From an uncultured Gammaproteobacteria bacterium (lineage in GTDB: Bacteria > Patescibacteriota > Microgenomatia > UBA8517), in the NCBI GenBank assembly GCA_964427735.1, contig CAYRUS010000001.1, positions 25,856-89,855 on the forward strand: a stretch of 64,000 nucleotides of DNA. The letters run 5' to 3'. The notes beneath the pieces were generated by a model. That model saw nothing but the letters and a program-made list of their open reading frames with translations. It was not told the DNA's origin and made no database searches. The position numbers and the translations under genes were made by a program. Below, piece after piece: positions 59,607-64,000 of this stretch (positions within the stretch are counted from its first letter, which is position 1; every line of letters begins with the position of its first letter).

Positions 59607-60386
59607 CTATTCTATACCAAACAAAAGTTTTGCATTTATTGTTGTTTCTCTTGTTATCACTTCTGGGTCTTCACCTTTTAGACTTGCAATTTTTTGAATT
59701 ATATAAACTAAATTTTTTGGCTCGTTTGGAAAAGACTTTTCTTTTTTAATTGGCTCAGGAGTTAGAAAAGGAGAATCTGTTTCAACAACTAGCCTTTCTA
59801 AAGAAATTTCTTTTATAAATTCCTGCTTTTTTGTGTCATAGGTAATATCTCCATCAACACCAATAAATATTTTTTTATCAAGAGCAAACTCTAATAATTC
59901 TTTAGAAACTTCCATACAATGAAATACAATCCTTTCTTGTAAAGAGTCAGACCAAGCTTCATTTAGTACTTTTAATACATCTTCAGAGGCTTGTCTACTG
60001 TGAATAATTAATGTCTTATTCATTTTTAACGACAAAATCACATGTTCTTTAAAATAAATTTTTTGAATCCTAGTAGGAGTTTCAAATCTATAATAATCCA
60101 GTCCAGTTTCACCAATAGCAACTACATTAGGTTCGTAAGCTAATTCTTTAATTTTTAGTATATTTTTTTCTAGGCTTTCTTCATCTAGATTTTCTGTAGG
60201 GTGAATTCCTACTGCTGCATATACATTTTCGTATAATCCAGCTGTTTCTACAGCTTTTTTAGATGTTTTTATATTTGTACCTGGAATTACAAAATATTTT
60301 ACACCAGCATCTCTTGCTCCATTAATTACTATTCTTTGGCGTTCTTCAAATTCATCCAAATTTAAATGACAATGTGTGTCAAACAT
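59607..60386 (-). CDS. tatD: TatD-family metal-dependent deoxyribonuclease
   Basis: MFDTHCHLNLDEF...GIHP...IGETGLDY...HSR...DGD motifs. Confidence 0.8.
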   Translation of the reverse strand: MFDTHCHLNLDEFEERQRIVINGARDAGVKYFVIPGTNIKTSKKAVETAGLYENVYAAVGIHPTENLDEESLEKNILKIKELAYEPNVVAIGETGLDYYRFETPTRIQKIYFKEHVILSLKMNKTLIIHSRQASEDVLKVLNEAWSDSLQERIVFHCMEVSKELLEFALDKKIFIGVDGDITYDTKKQEFIKEISLERLVVETDSPFLTPEPIKKEKSFPNEPKNLVYIIQKIASLKGEDPEVITRETTINAKLLFGIE

Positions 60387-60421
60387 ATTGATTAAGATAT
60401 TTTATAAAATCTCGAGAAGAT

Positions 60422-61114
60422 TTAGTAGTTTACAACTCTTTTTATATTTGCTTCGTTTTGAAGTCCAGATATGAATTCTTGATAACTCATAGTAAGACGT
60501 TCTTGGGTTAGTTGATCTTTGATTTGATCTTTAACATCTTCAAATTCTGTATCTTCACCATAGAGTTCTGAATTTTCATCATAGTAGTTTTGTGCTTCTT
60601 CATCTGTAACCTCCATATTATCACCTAACATTTTCTCTATTGCCAATTGAAGCCTTACGTTCTCGCGTAAGTCATTCATGGTTTGTCCTTGAATAGAAAG
60701 TGCATTTTCTAGAGTCAATCCCTGCTCATCGAGTTGTGACCTTATTTCTTCAATTTCTGCGTCAACTTCTTCCTGCGTAGGGAAGGCGTTTTGTTCTCTT
60801 GCTTCATCTTCAATTAATCTTTTTGTTATTAAATTACTAAGTACTTCTTCTCCACCTTGTGCTTCAAGTTGTTGAACTACTTCATATCTAAATACTGGTT
60901 TACCATTCACAAAAGCTGCAAAGATGTATGCTCTTAGAAGATAGCCAATTCCTGTTAATACAATTATTCCCAAAAGAAGAAAATATAGTCTTCTTGTTTT
61001 TTGACTATCTATCTTATTCCCAAATCTTTTATTTAAATTCTTTCTATAATTTTTGGTTCGCTTATCCAAGTTTTTGCGGAGGTCTTTTAATCTATCCTGT
61101 AATTTGTTTATCAT
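60422..61114 (-). CDS. Membrane-anchored SurA-N-domain-like chaperone (PpiD/PrsA-like, no obvious PPIase domain)
   Basis: TM helix followed by an acidic helical domain (...VNGKPVFRYEV...). Confidence 0.4.
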   Translation of the reverse strand: MINKLQDRLKDLRKNLDKRTKNYRKNLNKRFGNKIDSQKTRRLYFLLLGIIVLTGIGYLLRAYIFAAFVNGKPVFRYEVVQQLEAQGGEEVLSNLITKRLIEDEAREQNAFPTQEEVDAEIEEIRSQLDEQGLTLENALSIQGQTMNDLRENVRLQLAIEKMLGDNMEVTDEEAQNYYDENSELYGEDTEFEDVKDQIKDQLTQERLTMSYQEFISGLQNEANIKRVVNY

Positions 61115-61207
61115 TTTGTCAAATTTATCATAACCGCAACAAAAAGCAAGAACTAAACTTATGTTCTCCGATTACAATAATAATCAAAATAATACTTGAT
61201 TCTCTGA

Positions 61208-61822
61208 TTACATTTCAATGGCTTCTTTGAAGTAAGTTTGCACTTGAGGCCAATTAACTACATTCCACCAGGCATTTATATAATCCGATCTTTTGTTTTG
61301 GTATTTAAGATAATATGCATGTTCCCAAACATCTATTCCTAGTATGGGATATCTTCCAGACATTAAAGGTGAATCTTGATTAAGAGTATCTACTATTTCT
61401 AATTGACTATTGTTTACAACTAGCCATGCCCATCCACTTCCAAAATGAGTTGCAGCTACTTCAGAGAATTTTTCTTTAAATTCATTAAATCCGCTAAAGG
61501 CATTGTTTATTGCTTCTACAAGCTCGCCAGTCGGTTCAGAATCTGCGTTTGGGGTCATTATGGTCCAAAAAAGTGAGTGGTTTGCATGTCCGCCTCCGTT
61601 ATTTCGAACATTTTCTTGTATTTCCATTGGTATATTTTCAAAGTTAGACATTAATTCATAAATATCCATATTTAGTAAATCATTATGACTTTCTAAAGCT
61701 TTATTTAATTTATCAACGTAACCAGCATGATGCTTAGTGTGGTGAATTTGCATTGTTTCTTCGTCTATGTGCGGTTCTAATGCATTATAGCTATATGGAA
61801 GTTCTGGTAATTGAAATGCCAT
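61208..61822 (-). CDS. sodA: Fe/Mn superoxide dismutase
   Basis: [32 protein letters not shown]...[13 protein letters not shown]. Confidence 0.9.
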   Translation of the reverse strand: MAFQLPELPYSYNALEPHIDEETMQIHHTKHHAGYVDKLNKALESHNDLLNMDIYELMSNFENIPMEIQENVRNNGGGHANHSLFWTIMTPNADSEPTGELVEAINNAFSGFNEFKEKFSEVAATHFGSGWAWLVVNNSQLEIVDTLNQDSPLMSGRYPILGIDVWEHAYYLKYQNKRSDYINAWWNVVNWPQVQTYFKEAIEM

Positions 61823-61893
61823 AGTATACTAACTTTATCTTGTTTTTATAAGAAATTCAATTAGTTAAAAGTAAGGCTTTGGTAATAGTCTTC

Positions 61894-62175
61894 TTAGAAT
61901 TTCTCTACCTCTTTTTTAAATTCTGGGAAATATTTACCTATCTTTTCTAAATTAAATTGAGCAAGGATATCTTCTTTTTTTTCTTTTTTAAGTAGGAATA
62001 AAAAAGATTTTCTAATTATTTCTTTTGGAGGTGTCACTGTATCCAAGTTTTCGTAGTATTCTTTGTCTAAGGTCACATCATGAAATGTCTCAGAATCTTC
62101 ATCTATCACGCACACTTCGTATTTCCATACCTTGTCGTCTTCATCTAATAAAACAATCTCAATTTCATGATCCAT
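61894..62175 (-). CDS. Small acidic hypothetical protein
   Basis: 93-aa ORF. Confidence 0.3.
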   Translation of the reverse strand: MDHEIEIVLLDEDDKVWKYEVCVIDEDSETFHDVTLDKEYYENLDTVTPPKEIIRKSFLFLLKKEKKEDILAQFNLEKIGKYFPEFKKEVEKF

Positions 62176-62354
62176 AATTTATTATAACAAAACGTAAACA
62201 ATTTTAAATAATACGAAAAGATGCATTTTGTAGTGATTAATACCAATAAATGACAGTTGACTTTTTAATTTTCATAAGCTTAAGTGTATAAGCCCATATA
62301 TATTAATTATATATAATTGTTTTTTACCTGCCCCAATAGATTAATTTAATACTT

Positions 62355-62690
62355 ATGAGAGAAAATAATTTATCACACACGGGTCAAGCTCCTGAAAACC
62401 CACCATCAGAGTCAGATATAAAAAGTGAAATTAATTTATTAAGAGAACACCTTGAAAGATCACAATTTTCTATACTGGTAAGCAGTGCGATAGATTTTAG
62501 ACTTAGAAATTTATATGACCAACTGGAGGATGACGAACAGCTCAATGCTTATCAGATAAAAGAGTTAGAGAGTTTTGTTAACACTTTACAGGAAGATAAG
62601 AGGAATCATAGTTTCACTACTCATGTCAGAAATGCTGTAAGATTTAGAGTTGATTATCTGGAAGATCTATTAGGAGAATTTCAACAATGA
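62355..62690 (+). CDS. Hypothetical protein, translationally coupled (ATGA) to the following secreted protein
   Basis: 111-aa ORF. Its stop overlaps the next start. Confidence 0.35.
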   Translation: MRENNLSHTGQAPENPPSESDIKSEINLLREHLERSQFSILVSSAIDFRLRNLYDQLEDDEQLNAYQIKELESFVNTLQEDKRNHSFTTHVRNAVRFRVDYLEDLLGEFQQ

Positions 62691-63994
62691 AAAGAATATT
62701 TTTAAGCTTTACTATTATTACAGCTATAATCACAATTACATTAGGCGCGACCCGCGCCTTTTTTTCTGACACAGAAACTTCTGTTAACAATAATTTGGCT
62801 GCAGGAGCTATTGATTTACTAATCGGAAATGAAAGTTATTACAATGGTGTCGTTTCTGATGCAACCTCGTGGCTTCCATCAGATTTAGATAGCACTACAT
62901 TGTTTTTTGATTTTAATGATCTCAAACCTTCTGACTGGGGAGAAGATACAATTGGAATACAAGTTAACACCAATGACGCATGGGCTTGTATGGATATTAC
63001 TCTTACTCATGACGACGATGGAACTTGCACAGAACCAGAAAATTTAGATGACCCTAGCTGTGTAGAAAATAATAATGATTTGTTTGATGGAGAGCTTGGA
63101 GGGTTAGTTAATTTTATTTTCTGGGCAGATGATGGAGATAATGTTTTAGAAGATAATGAAAACAATTATATTTTGCAAGGTCCTGCTAGTGATGTACTAA
63201 ACTCAAGTATTGCACTAGCTGATTCAAGTAGTTCAGTATTCCCTGAATCATTGCTTGCTGATTCCGGTGCTTTGATTGGTGAAGAAACTTATTATATAGG
63301 CAAAGCTTGGTGTTTTGGAACTCTTACACCAGAGCCTTTACCTCAAGATAATGGATCTGATGAGGATCGTTCTCCTGCAACAACTACAGGTGGTATTTCT
63401 TGTGACGGAAGCTCAATAAATAATGCAGCCCAAACAGACATTGTGATGGGTGATGTTCAATTTCGTGCGATTCAAGCAAGAAACAATGAATCATTCCAAT
63501 GCACTCAAGATATTGTCTGTGAAGAAGTTTGGGCAGATGGGTTTGCAGAAGTGCAGCAAAAGTTGAGGAAAAACAGCACAGCAGTTTTAGCTACCAGAAG
63601 CGATCCTAATCAAGCTCTGATAGCAGAAACAAACGGTGATCCATTCGATAGTTCTGTTACAGAAGGTACTTTCTATAGTTTAGGGTTTGGCGGCTCTATT
63701 GTAATAACTTTCGACAATCCTATACACAACAAAGATGGTAATGATTTAAAGATCTTTGAAGTTACAGGTGGCACTTCTTATCCAGAGGAAAAAATTCAAG
63801 TTGAGGCTTGGGACGGAGTTAGCTGGGTAGAAATTACTTCATCACTAACAAGAGATGGTGAACTTGATTTAGGTCCTCTTTCCCAAACAAACAGGATAAG
63901 AATTACTGATATAAGTAATATAAATTTGTTTGAAAATACGGCAGATGGATATGACCTGGATGGTGTAAGAGCTTTCTGCGGTACATCGCAATAA
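62687..63994 (+). CDS. Secreted protein with a SipW-cognate-class signal peptide (TasA/camelysin-style leader)
   Basis: MKRIFLSFTIITAIITITLGATRAFFSDTETSV matches the ...GATxAyFsDtE signal class. The mature part is acidic and Cys-containing. Confidence 0.5.
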   Translation: MKRIFLSFTIITAIITITLGATRAFFSDTETSVNNNLAAGAIDLLIGNESYYNGVVSDATSWLPSDLDSTTLFFDFNDLKPSDWGEDTIGIQVNTNDAWACMDITLTHDDDGTCTEPENLDDPSCVENNNDLFDGELGGLVNFIFWADDGDNVLEDNENNYILQGPASDVLNSSIALADSSSSVFPESLLADSGALIGEETYYIGKAWCFGTLTPEPLPQDNGSDEDRSPATTTGGISCDGSSINNAAQTDIVMGDVQFRAIQARNNESFQCTQDIVCEEVWADGFAEVQQKLRKNSTAVLATRSDPNQALIAETNGDPFDSSVTEGTFYSLGFGGSIVITFDNPIHNKDGNDLKIFEVTGGTSYPEEKIQVEAWDGVSWVEITSSLTRDGELDLGPLSQTNRIRITDISNINLFENTADGYDLDGVRAFCGTSQ

Positions 63995-64000
63995 ATAAAC

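Noticed and set aside
1-64000. CRISPR arrays, integrases, transposases, rRNA
   Set aside because: I scanned the ORF-free stretches for regularly spaced direct repeats and scanned the proteins for recombinase/DDE signatures and found none. Only the low-complexity repeat inside the LTD gene turned up.

Overview
The window is AT-rich, densely coded and has small genes. The gene content suggests a streamlined CPR/Patescibacteria-type bacterium; the LTD and SipW-signal proteins fit this lineage, and the DRG GTPase and bifunctional PGI/PMI are archaeal-type genes. That lineage call is an inference.

What I can support from sequence:
- Twelve tRNA genes: Leu-TAG, Leu-CAG, Leu-GAG, Val-TAC, Gly-GCC, Arg-TCT, Lys-CTT, Arg-TCG, Leu-TAA, Pro-TGG, Gly-TCC and His-GTG. 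Several are preceded by an extended -10 element of the form TGnTATAAT.
- A nucleotide-excision-repair/SOS block (uvrC, transglutaminase-like gene, uvrA, unknown gene, uvrB, divergent lexA), plus a Y-family polymerase (dinB-like) elsewhere.
- A gluconeogenic/glycolytic block: gpmI, eno, ppsA, PGI/PMI and PGM/PMM.
- pyrG, sodA, tatD, secG, a holA-like gene, a CarD-like regulator and a partial trigger factor at the window start.
- Many secreted or membrane-anchored proteins typical of episymbiont-like genomes: lamin-tail-domain protein, GH5-like hydrolase, family-5 solute-binding protein, transglutaminase-like protein, LytR_C protein and a protein with a SipW-cognate signal peptide.

The main leads for follow-up:
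- A tRNA-flanked, tightly packed minus-strand four-gene operon (17568-21823). It couples a DRG GTPase to a protein with a C-terminal CHAT (caspase-like His/Cys) domain and two proteins of unknown function.
- A small ORF plus dinB unit behind a perfect palindrome, which shares a 14-mer with the lexA promoter spacer. This is a candidate SOS operator.
- Repeated gene disruptions at A8/T8 homopolymers and one in-frame TAG. These indicate either assembly indels or ongoing pseudogenisation.
- A tRNA-bounded island (11798-14571) of unknown and decayed genes.

I found no CRISPR array, integrase or transposase.
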